From Wolbachia endosymbiont of Drosophila innubila (lineage in GTDB: Bacteria; Pseudomonadota; Alphaproteobacteria; Rickettsiales; Anaplasmataceae): a stretch of 32,000 nucleotides of DNA. A model generated the notes under the pieces. The model was not told the origin of the DNA and searched no databases. It saw nothing but the letters and a program-made list of their open reading frames with translations. The stretch spans positions 1,050,001 to 1,082,000 of the forward strand of contig NZ_CP076228.1 of assembly GCF_021378375.1 (NCBI RefSeq), given 5' to 3'. Below are positions 1 through 9,531 of the stretch, in pieces. Within the stretch, counting starts at the first letter, position 1, and each line of letters begins with the position of its first letter. Both the position numbers and the translations under genes were made by a program.

Positions 1-2
1 TT

Positions 3-1331
3 CCGATATCGATTCCTGGATATATAGTAGCGTTCGTCTATGTAAATACGCTAGAGTTTTCAGGTCCGGTGCAGAGCTTATTAAGAGACATTTTAGATTG
101 GAGCAAAGGTGACTATTGGTTTCCTGAAATAAAATCCCTAGGTGGTGGAATATTAGTAATGGGATTCAGCCTATATCCATACGTTTATATGTTAGTTCGC
201 TCAAGTCTAAAGAATGTTAGTAACTCAGTCACTATTGCGTCAACGCTTGGGTTCTCCTCATTGAAGAGCCTGTTTTCTGTTATCATACCCTCCATACGCC
301 CATCAATTATAGCTGGGTTGTCTTTGGTACTAATGGAAGTAATTACAGATTTCGGCACACCACAGTTTCTTGCTATCGATACTTTTACGACAGGAATATA
401 TCGCACCTGGTTTTTACTGCATGACAAATATTCAACTACTGTTTTAGCAGTTGCAGAATTAATTTTCGTTGTGATACTAATAGCTATCGAAAAAAAACTA
501 CAAAAAAAAGGAATATCTTACTCTTCAATCAATACCAATTCGGACTATCACAACAAACGGAGTATAAGTGGCGCTATGCCGTTGATCTTTCCTTATCTTA
601 TGTGTGTATTGCCGATCTTAATAGGTTTTATTTTGCCAATGATTCCGCTCATATATTGGAGCATAGAGAAGGGGTTTTTCATATACGAAGCAAGATTCTA
701 TAACATAATAGCAAATAGCATTAGTTTATCATTTATCACCGCATTAATCTCAATTAGCATTGCAATAATGATTGGATATACGGCGCGTAAAAATAAGGTA
801 ATCAACAATATAGCGCGTCTCATTTCTTTAGGCTACGCAATTCCAAATGCAATTATCGCAATTAGTATAATAATATTTTTAAGCAGAATATCCTCTTTCA
901 TTACTCAATATGTTGTGGAAATTAGCTTGGTAGGAACTATTGGCGCATTAGTTTACTCATATTTATTTCGTTTTTTTGCTATATCTTTCAAGGCGGTAGA
1001 GTCAGGGCTCAAAAAAACACCAAATGAAATTGAGTGGACTGCATATACTATGGGTCATGGACCTATTTCCACATGTTTGAATGTTCATATCCCTCTCATC
1101 AAGAAGAGTATATTATCGGGATTTTTGCTCGTATTTATGGATACTATCAAAGAGCTCACAGCAACACTCATTATAAGACCATTTAATTTTGAAACTATAT
1201 CAACTAGAATATATGAACTTGTAAGCGATGAGCGCTATAGAGAAGCTGCCCCATTTTCGTTAATAATAGTTATAATAGGCTTAATCTCTACAATAACCTT
1301 ATTTACACTTGATGATAAGGATAAAAAATAA
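3..1331 (+). CDS. Iron(III) ABC transporter permease (FbpB/SfuB-like), 5' end outside window
   Basis: The 69..1331 ORF extends open to the window edge in the same frame (PISIPGYIVAFVYVNTLEFSGPVQSLLRD...). It is multi-pass hydrophobic, with permease signatures such as 'SLKNVSNSVTIASTLGFSSLKSLFSVIIPSIRPSIIAG' and 'AAPFSLIIVIIGLISTITLF'. Confidence 0.85.
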   Translation, partial: PISIPGYIVAFVYVNTLEFSGPVQSLLRDILDWSKGDYWFPEIKSLGGGILVMGFSLYPYVYMLVRSSLKNVSNSVTIASTLGFSSLKSLFSVIIPSIRPSIIAGLSLVLMEVITDFGTPQFLAIDTFTTGIYRTWFLLHDKYSTTVLAVAELIFVVILIAIEKKLQKKGISYSSINTNSDYHNKRSISGAMPLIFPYLMCVLPILIGFILPMIPLIYWSIEKGFFIYEARFYNIIANSISLSFITALISISIAIMIGYTARKNKVINNIARLISLGYAIPNAIIAISIIIFLSRISSFITQYVVEISLVGTIGALVYSYLFRFFAISFKAVESGLKKTPNEIEWTAYTMGHGPISTCLNVHIPLIKKSILSGFLLVFMDTIKELTATLIIRPFNFETISTRIYELVSDERYREAAPFSLIIVIIGLISTITLFTLDDKDKK

Positions 1332-2075
1332 ACGTAACCGTTCACACTTAATTCTTCAATCTCACTAATAGAAAGGCCAGTAAACTTAACAATAGTGTTG
1401 ACATCAACATTATTAGCCAGCATTGCTTTTGCGACTTCAATTTTCCCTTCAATTTTCCCTTCAATTTTCCCTTCAATTTTCCCTTCAATTTTCCCTTCAA
1501 TTTTCCCTTCAATTTTCCCTTCAATTTTCCCTTCAATTTTCCCTTCAATTTTCCCTTTCTCTATACCTTTTTGTATACCTTTCTCTTCAGCAAGATCAAG
1601 TCTGTATTCAAGAATGGCTTCTTCTTTGCGCAGATCCATTATTCTTTCTTCATAAGTTATTAGATCTTTTTCATTCCAGTGAAACTTATCTAATTCATCA
1701 TATGCTAGCTTTATTATTGGTGATTTTTCCGCAATTTTTCTGAGATCTTCGTCCGTTGTTTCATCTGCATATTTGAAAAAAATAGCCAACGGTCTACTAC
1801 ACTTTCTAGTTGTTCTTCTCTACTCTTAGGAAATTTTGGCAGCTCTATGAAGATAAATTGAAAATCTTTTAAGTCATGCTCATTGGTTTTCATCTCTTAT
1901 GGTATGGCTAGATATATAGTCAAGCTTATCAGGGAATAAGGTACAATTTGAAATCGCGATAAAGAAAATCTTCTTTAAATCAACGTATTTACCAGATTTA
2001 TCAGCTTGTCTTGAGTAAGCCTTAGCAGCATAAAGTTGTGCGCGTTTTTCAAAGCCCTTAGTTTTAGCGACCTGG
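1235..2075 (-). pseudogene. 3' part of Rpn family (PD-(D/E)XK nuclease/transposase) gene, downstream of group II intron; frameshifted near 1776..1782
   Basis: Minus-strand translation reads QVAKTKGFEKRAQLYAAKAYSRQADKSGKYVDLKKIFFIAISNCTLFP...KTNEHDLKDFQFIFIELPKFPKSREEQLESVVDRWLF, then FFKYADETTDE...(EGKI)n. A 7-T run (1776..1782) breaks frame where 8 would keep it open. Confidence 0.8.
1441..1558 (-). repeat. 12-bp tandem repeat (ttttcccttcaa on +), about 9.8 units, encoding (EGKI)n
   Basis: Nine exact 12-mers plus a partial unit, read directly from sequence. Confidence 0.95.
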
Positions 2076-2114
2076 TTAGGTAAGGAAGTAGTATGCTACT
2101 ACTCCCTCCCTTAG

Positions 2115-2148
2115 AAACGCAGCATGCAGGTTTCTCCACACTACGCTT
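2115..2148 (-). ncRNA. Domain V candidate of group II intron 1
   Basis: Minus strand: AAGCGTAGTGTGGAGAAACCTGCATGCTGCGTTT. It is 34 nt with AGC near the base, a GAAA loop, and 8 proximal pairs if G-U pairs are allowed. A DVI-like hairpin follows in 2076..2114. Confidence 0.6.
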
Positions 2149-2192
2149 GAGCCCCTTATCTAAGTCCTTCTTTTCTCGAACCGGCTTGTCCT

Positions 2193-3739
2193 TCATGATT
2201 CCTCAGAAAACATCATTCTTAATGGTGACACCAACAGCAGAGAACCTTCTCTTGAGAAAGAGCTTGCTAACATTTTTGTTTGTTTCACTCTTTCATCAAA
2301 ATACTTTTTCCATTTTAAGTCAAGTGGATTTGCATCCGCCCTGATTTTAACATGTCGTCTGATAGGTATATCAATCAACCTAAGCAGTCTTAAATACCTT
2401 ATCTCTTTCGGTTTGTTCTTGCATATGGGTGCAGCAAAGACCCATTGGCGTTGTTTCATTACCTTGAAGTAACGATTCTTTATCCAACGTAATCCTTTAC
2501 GAGGATGTCTTTTTCTTTGCCCATTTCCATAGAGCACACATAATTTCATGGTCTATTTTGTTAAAAGCTCTTTTCGCACACACATGGCTGTAGTAATTTT
2601 CCCATCCCCTTAATAGGGAATTGAGCAACTTGATTAGTACGGCCTGAGTGTTCGCTATGTTTGCCTTTATCAATGTACGTGCTTTATTAAGTTTCTTAAT
2701 ACTTTCTTTTGAAGGTTTTATAATTAACTTCTTATTATACCTGCGTACATTACAACCAAGAAAAGTCAAACCCTGTTGTAATAGATGTAATTTTTGTTTT
2801 CTCTTCGGAAAGGATAAGACCTCTCTCCTGAAGAAAGGACGATACTAGAGGTTTTACTTCATTTTCCAGTACTTCACGTGTGATTCCTGAAATGATAAAG
2901 TCATCTGCGTACCTGATTACATTTACTCCACTTCTGATTTTGCTTCTTCTTTTACTGCCAAGTTTACCAAATTGACTTTCCAATGATTTTTCAAGTCCAT
3001 TTAGGGCTAGATTTGCTAGTATTGGAGAGATGATACTACCTTGTGGGGTACCTGCAGTTGTGGAATACAGAGTTTTTGATTCTAGGAAGCCAGCTTTTAA
3101 CCAGCTATGAAGAATTTTCTTCTCCATAGGAATATGCTTCATGAGCCATTCATGGTTAATGTTATCAAAACACCCTTTAATATCACCTTCGAGTATCCAT
3201 TGTAGTTGGTTACGGCTTGCCAGTAACAAGTGGCAAGCCACAGTAGCGTCTGCGCAGGATCTTTTTGGTCTAAAACCATAAGAGTGACGATCACTGATCG
3301 TTTCAGCTATCGGTTCCAAAGCAAACAAGTATAATGCTTGCATGGCTCTATCTTTTATCGTAGGGATTCCAAGAGGTCTTCTTTTGCCATTAGACTTACT
3401 GATGTATATCCGTTTTAGCGGAGAAGGTTTGTATCCTCTTTGTTTTAATAGCTTTATTCCTTGAAATTTTGTGTTGCAAGTTGACCATATTTGACGATCT
3501 ACACCTGCTGTGTTTTTTTCCTGGTTTTCAGTTACTCTCTTAACCGCCAAAGCTTTGCCGCTAAAAGAGCGTGTGAGAAGGTGTTGTAAAGTTTTCACCT
3601 TACCCCATCTGCCTTGTTGGACAGCCTTAACAATACGCCTCTGTAGCCTCATAACAACTTTTTGGCATTTCTTCCAGGGTAACTGGTTCCATGCTTCGGA
3701 GTTATTGGTAGGTGCACTTACAGTTGTACTTGTAATCAT
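2193..3739 (-). pseudogene. ltrA: Group II intron reverse transcriptase/maturase (LtrA-like), broken by two frameshifts
   Basis: Fragments in three frames: 2750..3739 (RT core, 'GFRPKRSCADA', 'GTPQGSIISPILANLALNGLE', 'VIRYADDFIISG'), 2497..2769 and 2193..2549. The breaks are at an AAAA run (2761..2764) and a TTTTT run (2510..2514). Confidence 0.88.
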
Positions 3740-4368
3740 CTGCTTTCCTACCTTAAGTGGTTAACAAAGTTTCTTGTCATGAAGGACCAAATGGAAGTCT
3801 GCTCGTTTTCACGCGAATTAATGTTACAAATTCTATCCATTTCGTTACAAAATGGCATTCGCTTTCTCCATTATCCTTTACCTGCACATCCATCAGCATT
3901 CCTTGCGGGTTGCCTGCCATATAGGCGAAAATACAGGCTTATCCTGTTCCTTTTGTCATACAATAGTGGGTTAGGTGGCTTCTCTATACCGGTGGAATTA
4001 TTATTTGCGTACATCCAGAAATGAAAAATGTCACATTACCTTTTGGTCGGAGCTTATCAGCATCTTTAGCTCTTTAATCGTTACGATACTTATGAAGCTT
4101 CACTTACGTTCACCATACCACTAAGCCTAGCCCTCCAACCACATGATGCTTGTAGTTTATGCTTTCTCTCACGATTGAGCATCTTCTTTATCAAGAGGAG
4201 GTTCATTGTCCGCGTCGCTCGGCACCAACTGGTTACCCAATTCGCACTGATGCGTAGACTCAGATGGCAAAACATCTGGTTCAATAAGCTTTAGAATCCT
4301 TTCAGTTTCTTTCTGAATGAATTCCTCTCCTTTTATAAACAATATGACCGAAGGCTTTCAGGTCGCAC

Positions 4369-4620
4369 CATTTCAATCACATACCTAGCCCCACTAGAGT
4401 CCCTGCAAAGAACATCAACTATACTTTGCTTATCAGAGGCAATTTCAGGATCCATTATAGTACTGAGGAATTCCACTTCTTGTATAGTATTTATCTCGGT
4501 AAACCCTAAAATATCATTCAAGAAATGTATGAGAATATTCTTATTTTTTTCAGTGCCAAATATTTTTTTGAAGGTTAAATCCAGCTTAGGGTCGAGAAAC
4601 TTAGATAAAGCCATAGCCAA
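4369..4620 (-). pseudogene. 5' part (84 codons) of the Rpn family gene upstream of group II intron 1
   Basis: MAMALSKFLDPKLDLTFKKIFGTEKNKNILIHFLNDILGFTEI...VIEM. This is a canonical Rpn N-terminus, and the ORF then runs into intron sequence. Confidence 0.85.
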
Positions 4621-4689
4621 AGTGCTTAAAAATATTAATAATTATACACTATTATTAACAATTATTCAACCATATTTTTGAAGATAGCT

Positions 4690-4845
4690 ATGCCGCCGCG
4701 AACCGTCATACCGCCGCGGTATCTTAGCATAGATCCCGCTAACAAGTAGCGGGATGACGAATTACTTAACCGTCATACCACCGCGAACCGTCATACCGCC
4801 GCGGTATCTCGGCATAGATTCCGCTAACTAGTAGCGGAATGACGA
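4690..4845. repeat. Intergenic palindromic repeat, two tandem copies with 85-bp period
   Basis: 'ccgcgaaccgtcataccgccgcggtatct...gcatagat(c/t)ccgctaac..gtagcgg(g/a)atgacga' occurs twice (ccgtcat at 4703 and 4788). Confidence 0.85.
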
Positions 4846-4897
4846 TTGTGTATCGTGTTTTGCTAAAAATCACAGAATGCAGTCTGGTTACATTACT

Positions 4898-6061
4898 CTA
4901 GCTATACGCAACAACTTTACTTTCAACAATTTTGTGAGCAATAATACGACTTTCATAATCAATATTTATTATATCAGATAGTGAATTAATATCAGTATAA
5001 CTACCAAAACTTTCCATTGTTGATTCCACTACCTCTACTATTTTTAAAAAGCCGATTCGTGACTTCAAAAATTCATTAACAGCTATTTCATTTGCAGCAT
5101 TGAGCACAATACTGTTTGTTTGTGGAGCAGAAGAGTTTAACACTGCCATGCTAAGCTTTAGCGCAGGAAAACGCTTATGGTCTGGTTCTTGAAAGGTCAA
5201 TTTTCCTTGCTTTGTTAAATCTAATTTACGATTTAAAGCTGATCTTTCCGGCCAAGATAGAGCATATGAAATAGGAATTGCCATGTCAGTTTCTGCAAGC
5301 ACAGCAAAGTTGAACCCATCCTTATAAGTTACAATTCCATGTACTATTGACTCAGGATGCACTATTGCTTCAATTTTATCCGGGCTGATATTAAACAAGT
5401 TATGTGCTTCTATTATCTCTAGTGCCTTATTCATCATTGTTGCGCTATCAACCGAGATTTTCTTTCCCATATTCCAAGTGGGGTGACTAAGCGCCTTATC
5501 TACCATAACATTTCTTAATTGCTCAAGGCTATAATTTAAGAATGGTCCACCAGAAGCAGTAAGTATGATCTTTTCTACGCATTTGTCGTCATTTTGCAAA
5601 ATTTGAAAAATTGCATTGTGCTCAGAGTCAATAGGGATTATTTGTACATTTTTTTCTTTAGCTTTTTTGAGTAATAACTTTCCACCGCAAACAATGCTTT
5701 CTTTGTTTGCCAATGCAATGACTTTGGTACCGCTTTCTATAACTTCCATAACTGGCCCAAGGCCTGCAATGCCAACTATTGCAACAACTGAGAGATCAAC
5801 AGGTATGGTAGCAATATTTGTAGCACCAATTGCTATTTTTACATCTGTACCAAGTAAACTTTCTTTCAAATCTTTGTAAAGCCTTTCATCGGAGATAGCA
5901 ACATATTTTGCATTTAGCAGTTTTGCTTGGTGTGCCAGTAGAGCAAAGTTCGAATGGGCACTTAGTGCTTCCACTTGGTATTCTTCTTTTCTCTTTGAGA
6001 GCAAATCTACAGTCTTTTTTCCAACACTTCCTGTTGATCCCAAAACTGAAACCTTTTTCAC
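4898..6061 (-). CDS. dxr: 1-deoxy-D-xylulose-5-phosphate reductoisomerase
   Basis: MKKVSVLGSTGSVGKKTVDLL..., 'ALANKESIVCGG', 'NAIFQIL', 'ILTASGGPF', 'SATMMNKALEIIEAHNLF'. Confidence 0.97.
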   Translation of the reverse strand: MKKVSVLGSTGSVGKKTVDLLSKRKEEYQVEALSAHSNFALLAHQAKLLNAKYVAISDERLYKDLKESLLGTDVKIAIGATNIATIPVDLSVVAIVGIAGLGPVMEVIESGTKVIALANKESIVCGGKLLLKKAKEKNVQIIPIDSEHNAIFQILQNDDKCVEKIILTASGGPFLNYSLEQLRNVMVDKALSHPTWNMGKKISVDSATMMNKALEIIEAHNLFNISPDKIEAIVHPESIVHGIVTYKDGFNFAVLAETDMAIPISYALSWPERSALNRKLDLTKQGKLTFQEPDHKRFPALKLSMAVLNSSAPQTNSIVLNAANEIAVNEFLKSRIGFLKIVEVVESTMESFGSYTDINSLSDIINIDYESRIIAHKIVESKVVAYS

Positions 6062-6133
6062 TAAGACAAACTCATAACAACAGCAACTTTTCTTATTAGG
6101 CCTTCTTCCAATTATTCAATAGTTTTTAAGTGT

Positions 6134-6631
6134 TTAACCAAGTTCATGTCCGTGGTCATCGCCAACAGATGGTGAAGGACCAGGTGAAAAAGATTGACCA
6201 TGGTGATCACCTGCATCATGCATGTCTTGCAAACCATCAGCATTATGAGCTATTTCGTTATTGGTATGAGGGTAATCATCTGAGTGATGTCCATCATCAC
6301 CATGAGCCATATCCATTTCTTCTGATGGCATATCTTCCCCACCTCCACCTGAAAAATATTCTGCAAGGCCTTCAAGAAGTTTTATGCCAAACATATTACC
6401 TGACTTTCCAAACAATGTTACTAGACTACTGCCACTCACCAAACCTTCAAACACGTTACTATAAGCAGCAATTGCTCCTTCATGAAAGTTGAACAACCAT
6501 TTCATTCCATCGACAACTGTTGAAACAGAGTCACTATGACCAAGACCAAAACCACTTTTCTCACCAGCAGCCTCTTGGTGTTGCTGCTGCGCTTGCCATT
6601 CTGCAATGTTTGGACCTTGAGCTTCACTCAT
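6134..6631 (-). CDS. Hypothetical acidic, His/Asp/Gly-rich protein (165 aa)
   Basis: ORF with His/Asp/Glu-rich C-terminal half (DMAHGDDGHHSDDYPHTNNEIAHNADGLQDMHDAGDHHGQ...). Confidence 0.65.
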   Translation of the reverse strand: MSEAQGPNIAEWQAQQQHQEAAGEKSGFGLGHSDSVSTVVDGMKWLFNFHEGAIAAYSNVFEGLVSGSSLVTLFGKSGNMFGIKLLEGLAEYFSGGGGEDMPSEEMDMAHGDDGHHSDDYPHTNNEIAHNADGLQDMHDAGDHHGQSFSPGPSPSVGDDHGHELG

Positions 6632-6782
6632 AAATTTTTACTCTCAATCTTAAGCTATTATTTTATCACAAATATTGCAAAATATCAATAGAGCTTTTGA
6701 ATATAGCTAATACAAACAATTTCTGTCATCCTATATATAGCTAAACTGACTTACGACAATTTGAAAAACGACAAATTCGTCA

Positions 6783-6860
6783 TTCCGCTACTAGTTAGCG
6801 GAATCTATGCCGAGATACCGCGAATGAATCGCGGTATGACGTGTTAGCTATAGGATCCAG
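6783..6860. repeat. Intergenic palindromic repeat
   Basis: cattccgctactagttagcggaatctatgccgagataccgcgaatgaatcgcggtatgacg; two nested palindromes. Confidence 0.7.
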
Positions 6861-6951
6861 TTTGAAAAAAATCTGAATTCCAATGTTCACTACCTTTTAC
6901 AAAGTTAAAACTTAAAAATATGACTGTTAGCAATAGTGTATATATCTTTAG

Positions 6952-7653
6952 CTATATATAATGAATGAATTTTTTTATATATTCGTTATTAGTATTTTGT
7001 ATTTCCTGAACAGTTCCATGGGAAATGATCTCCCCTTCATATAATACTGCTATTTTATCAGCTATTTTAAATGCGCTATGAATATCATGTGTAATCGTGA
7101 TAATTGTAGGGTTAAGATCTCTAGATAATTTTATTATTATCTCGTTTACTATATCTGACATAATTGGGTCCAATCCTGAAGTTGGTTCATCCAAAATAAT
7201 GATTTCTGGATTGTGTGCAATCGCCCTTGCAAGTGCCACTCTTTTTTTCATTCCACCTGATAGCTCTATTGGAAACATATCTGCTATGCTTTCCTCCAGT
7301 CCAACATCATTTAACTTCTCGATTGCTAGCTGTTTTGCCTCTTTTTTGCTGATATTAAAGCGCTTTTTATAATTAAAAGATATATTTTCCCACACTGTAA
7401 CGTAGTCAAATAAAGCGGAATTTTGAAATAAACCCCCAAATTTATTTTTGCTTTTACTATTTATTTTAACAGACCCTGAGTCTGGAGCAAGCAAGCCGAT
7501 AATTGTTTTTGTTAATACAGATTTGCCGCTTCCTGAGCCACCAAGTATGACTAATGATTCCCCTTTTAATATATCAAAATTTAGATCTTTTAGTACTGTC
7601 CTATCATCAAAAGATAAGCTTAAGTTCAATATTGATATTATGGGGTTACGCAT
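6952..7653 (-). CDS. mlaF: Lipid-asymmetry ABC transporter ATP-binding protein
   Basis: Walker A GGSGSGKS, signature ELSGGMKKRVALARA, Walker B PEIIILDEPTSGLDP, adjacent to an MlaE permease. Confidence 0.9.
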   Translation of the reverse strand: MRNPIISILNLSLSFDDRTVLKDLNFDILKGESLVILGGSGSGKSVLTKTIIGLLAPDSGSVKINSKSKNKFGGLFQNSALFDYVTVWENISFNYKKRFNISKKEAKQLAIEKLNDVGLEESIADMFPIELSGGMKKRVALARAIAHNPEIIILDEPTSGLDPIMSDIVNEIIIKLSRDLNPTIITITHDIHSAFKIADKIAVLYEGEIISHGTVQEIQNTNNEYIKKFIHYI

Positions 7654-8428
7654 GTATCAAAGTAATCATGTAGTTTGCTAAAATGATCAGTATGGACGAT
7701 AAAACAACAGTTGATGTTGTAGCAACACCTACTCCTCGTGCACCTTCTTTGCAATGGTAACCGTAATAGCAGCTTGAGACAGAAATTATGGCGCCAAATG
7801 CAGTTGCTTTTATTAGCCCAGTTATAAAATCATACGTATTAAAGAACTGAGCTGTGTGTTTAATGTATATATTTAAATTGTGGTTAAATTCGAAGACTGC
7901 AGTGATGCATCCTCCAAATATTCCTATTAAATCTGCACATACTGTAAGTATGGGAAATACTATGATTGACGCTAAAATCCTTGGTGCAATTAAATATTTG
8001 AAAGGGTTGATGTTCAAAGTTGTAAGGGCATCTATTTGCTCGGTGATGCGCATCGTACCAATTTCTGCTGCAACTGATGATCCAACCTTTCCTACCATTA
8101 TTAAGCTGATCAAAACTGGTCCTAACTCTTTAATGATAGTGATCGTAACAAGTTTGGGTATTATCTGTTCTTGGTTAATTAATGGGTCACTCAAGCTACT
8201 TTGTAAAACTATCGCCGCTCCTATAAAAACTCCAGTGAGCCCAACAATTGGCAGAGAGAAAAAGCCTATCTCTATAATTTGTCTTGCTATGTTGCTAAAA
8301 TAATATGGTGGCACAAGGCAGTGGTATAGAGATTGAATAAAAAATATGAATGCACTACCAAGCCTTAACAAAAAATTGATAAAGTACCTACCAATTATTC
8401 TAACACTATTTATATCAAAAAAGCTCAC
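7646..8428 (-). CDS. mlaE: MlaE-family ABC permease
   Basis: 'GLTGVFIGAAIVLQSSL', 'ELGPVLISLIMVGKVGSSVAAEIGTMRITEQIDALTTLNINPFKYLIAPRILA'; overlaps mlaF by 8 bp. Confidence 0.92.
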   Translation of the reverse strand: MSFFDINSVRIIGRYFINFLLRLGSAFIFFIQSLYHCLVPPYYFSNIARQIIEIGFFSLPIVGLTGVFIGAAIVLQSSLSDPLINQEQIIPKLVTITIIKELGPVLISLIMVGKVGSSVAAEIGTMRITEQIDALTTLNINPFKYLIAPRILASIIVFPILTVCADLIGIFGGCITAVFEFNHNLNIYIKHTAQFFNTYDFITGLIKATAFGAIISVSSCYYGYHCKEGARGVGVATTSTVVLSSILIILANYMITLIHA

Positions 8429-8661
8429 TTTGTATTCATTTTAGCTAGAGGTTAGTCTTACTGATTTTATTAAAATTTTTATTAACTTTATCGCAAAGTA
8501 TAGCTGAGATATGTTTTAAGTTCAATATACTTGATGTTTTAATTTAAAGCTTAACCCAAGAAAGGTTTCCCTACGTCATACCGCCACGGTATCCACAACT
8601 GTACGAACGTTGTAGTTTGGGAGCAATTCCCACCAGTGGGCCAGTGCCCAGACACTGGGAT

Positions 8662-8987
8662 GGCTTTGTTGCATCGCTACTTATGAAAGGCTAACTATAA
8701 TTAGGATTATAAGCAACTTATTGAAAATCTTGTTTTTTTGCAATCAATCTGATCAAATTTAAGAATAGTAATTTGTTATTTATATTAATAAATTTAATTC
8801 TATTGAAAATAGCTAAAGCATTGAAATTCTTGAATTTTAGCCAGATTAGTGAGTGGTAGTGAAATTTCTTTTACTCAAATTTAGGTATTCACTGACCGTT
8901 CTTGTTATAAATACCAGAATAATAAGCTACTGATATTCCCTATCTTTTTTATCTTTAATCCATCATAGCTAGCGATGCAACAAAGCC
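8662..8987. mobile_element. MITE-like non-autonomous element with TIRs (GGCTTTGTTGCATCGCTA) and 9-bp direct repeats
   Basis: Left end ggctttgttgcatcgcta at 8662; right end is its reverse complement, ending at 8987. It is flanked by cactgggat at 8653..8661 and 8988..8996, with no substantial ORF. Confidence 0.85.
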
Positions 8988-9157
8988 CACTGGGATCCAG
9001 CTTCTATGCAACTTAATTAAAAACGTTTGTTTTAGCATAAGACAACTACCTTTAGCTCATCAGCTCAGTTATAAGCAAAATTTCTGGATTCCAGACTGGA
9101 ATGACATCATCTGTTGTGCAATTTACCTTCAAAAATGAATGTTCGTACAGCTATGGA

Positions 9158-9215
9158 TTCATTCGCGGTATAGATTCCGCTAACGAGTAGCGGAATGACG
9201 GTTTTTCAAATTGTA
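9158..9215. repeat. Intergenic palindromic repeat copy
   Basis: ggattcattcgcggtatagattccgctaacgagtagcggaatgacgg. Confidence 0.65.
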
Positions 9216-9338
9216 GAGCCACTTTAGCTATAGAACTCAATTACATAAGCAAACCTTACTTATTTTACTATCCCTGTTTACTTCCTGTAAAAAACATGTT
9301 ACTAATGAATTGAATTTTGTAGTAGAATGGAGGAAGTT

Positions 9339-9521
9339 TTGGCAGTTCCAAAAAGAAAAAAGTCAAAGTCAAGGCGTAATATGCATCGTTCTCATCATGC
9401 TATTGAGCCTAAGAATGTTGTGGTATGTTCAACAACTGGGGAATTCATGTTGCCTCATAACGTAGCAGTTGATGGCAGTTACAAAGGAAAACGGGTTTTC
9501 ATTAAGCAACAGGCAGAGTGA
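9339..9521 (+). CDS. rpmF: 50S ribosomal protein L32 (probable TTG start)
   Basis: AVPKRKKSKSRRNMHRSHHAI...; TTG at 9339 is preceded by ggagga at 5-nt spacing. The track start at 9327 would place the SD inside the gene. Confidence 0.93.
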   Translation: MAVPKRKKSKSRRNMHRSHHAIEPKNVVVCSTTGEFMLPHNVAVDGSYKGKRVFIKQQAE

Positions 9522-9531
9522 CTATTATGAT

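Larger units (their letters stand above)
2076..4368 (-). mobile_element. Group II intron 1, about 2293 bp, inserted in the Rpn gene
   Basis: 5' end GTGCGACC at 4368 follows exon ...GTGATTGAAATG. 3' end ...CCTAAC at 2076 precedes exon CAGGTCGCTAAA. Removing it joins ...YVIEM|QVAKTKGFEKRA in frame. It contains a reverse transcriptase and a 34-nt domain V candidate. Confidence 0.88.

Noticed and set aside
1395-1743. Plus-strand ORFs 1395..1655 and 1423..1743 with (SIFPSIFP)n or (FSLQFSLQ)n repeats
   Set aside because: Both are antisense shadows of the 12-bp repeat in the Rpn fragment; the real homology is on the minus strand.
3779-4284. ORFs 3779..4024 and 4090..4284 within the intron 1 5' region
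   Set aside because: They fall in the structured RNA part (domains I-III) of the group II intron and show no protein signature.
4690-4845. CRISPR-like regular repeats
   Set aside because: Only two tandem copies of a long palindromic intergenic element. No spacer-repeat periodicity and no cas genes anywhere in the window.
5616-6099. Antisense ORFs opposite dxr, and similarly opposite mlaE, plsX, fabH, mnmE, nuoF and murE
   Set aside because: All are shadows of well-supported genes on the other strand.
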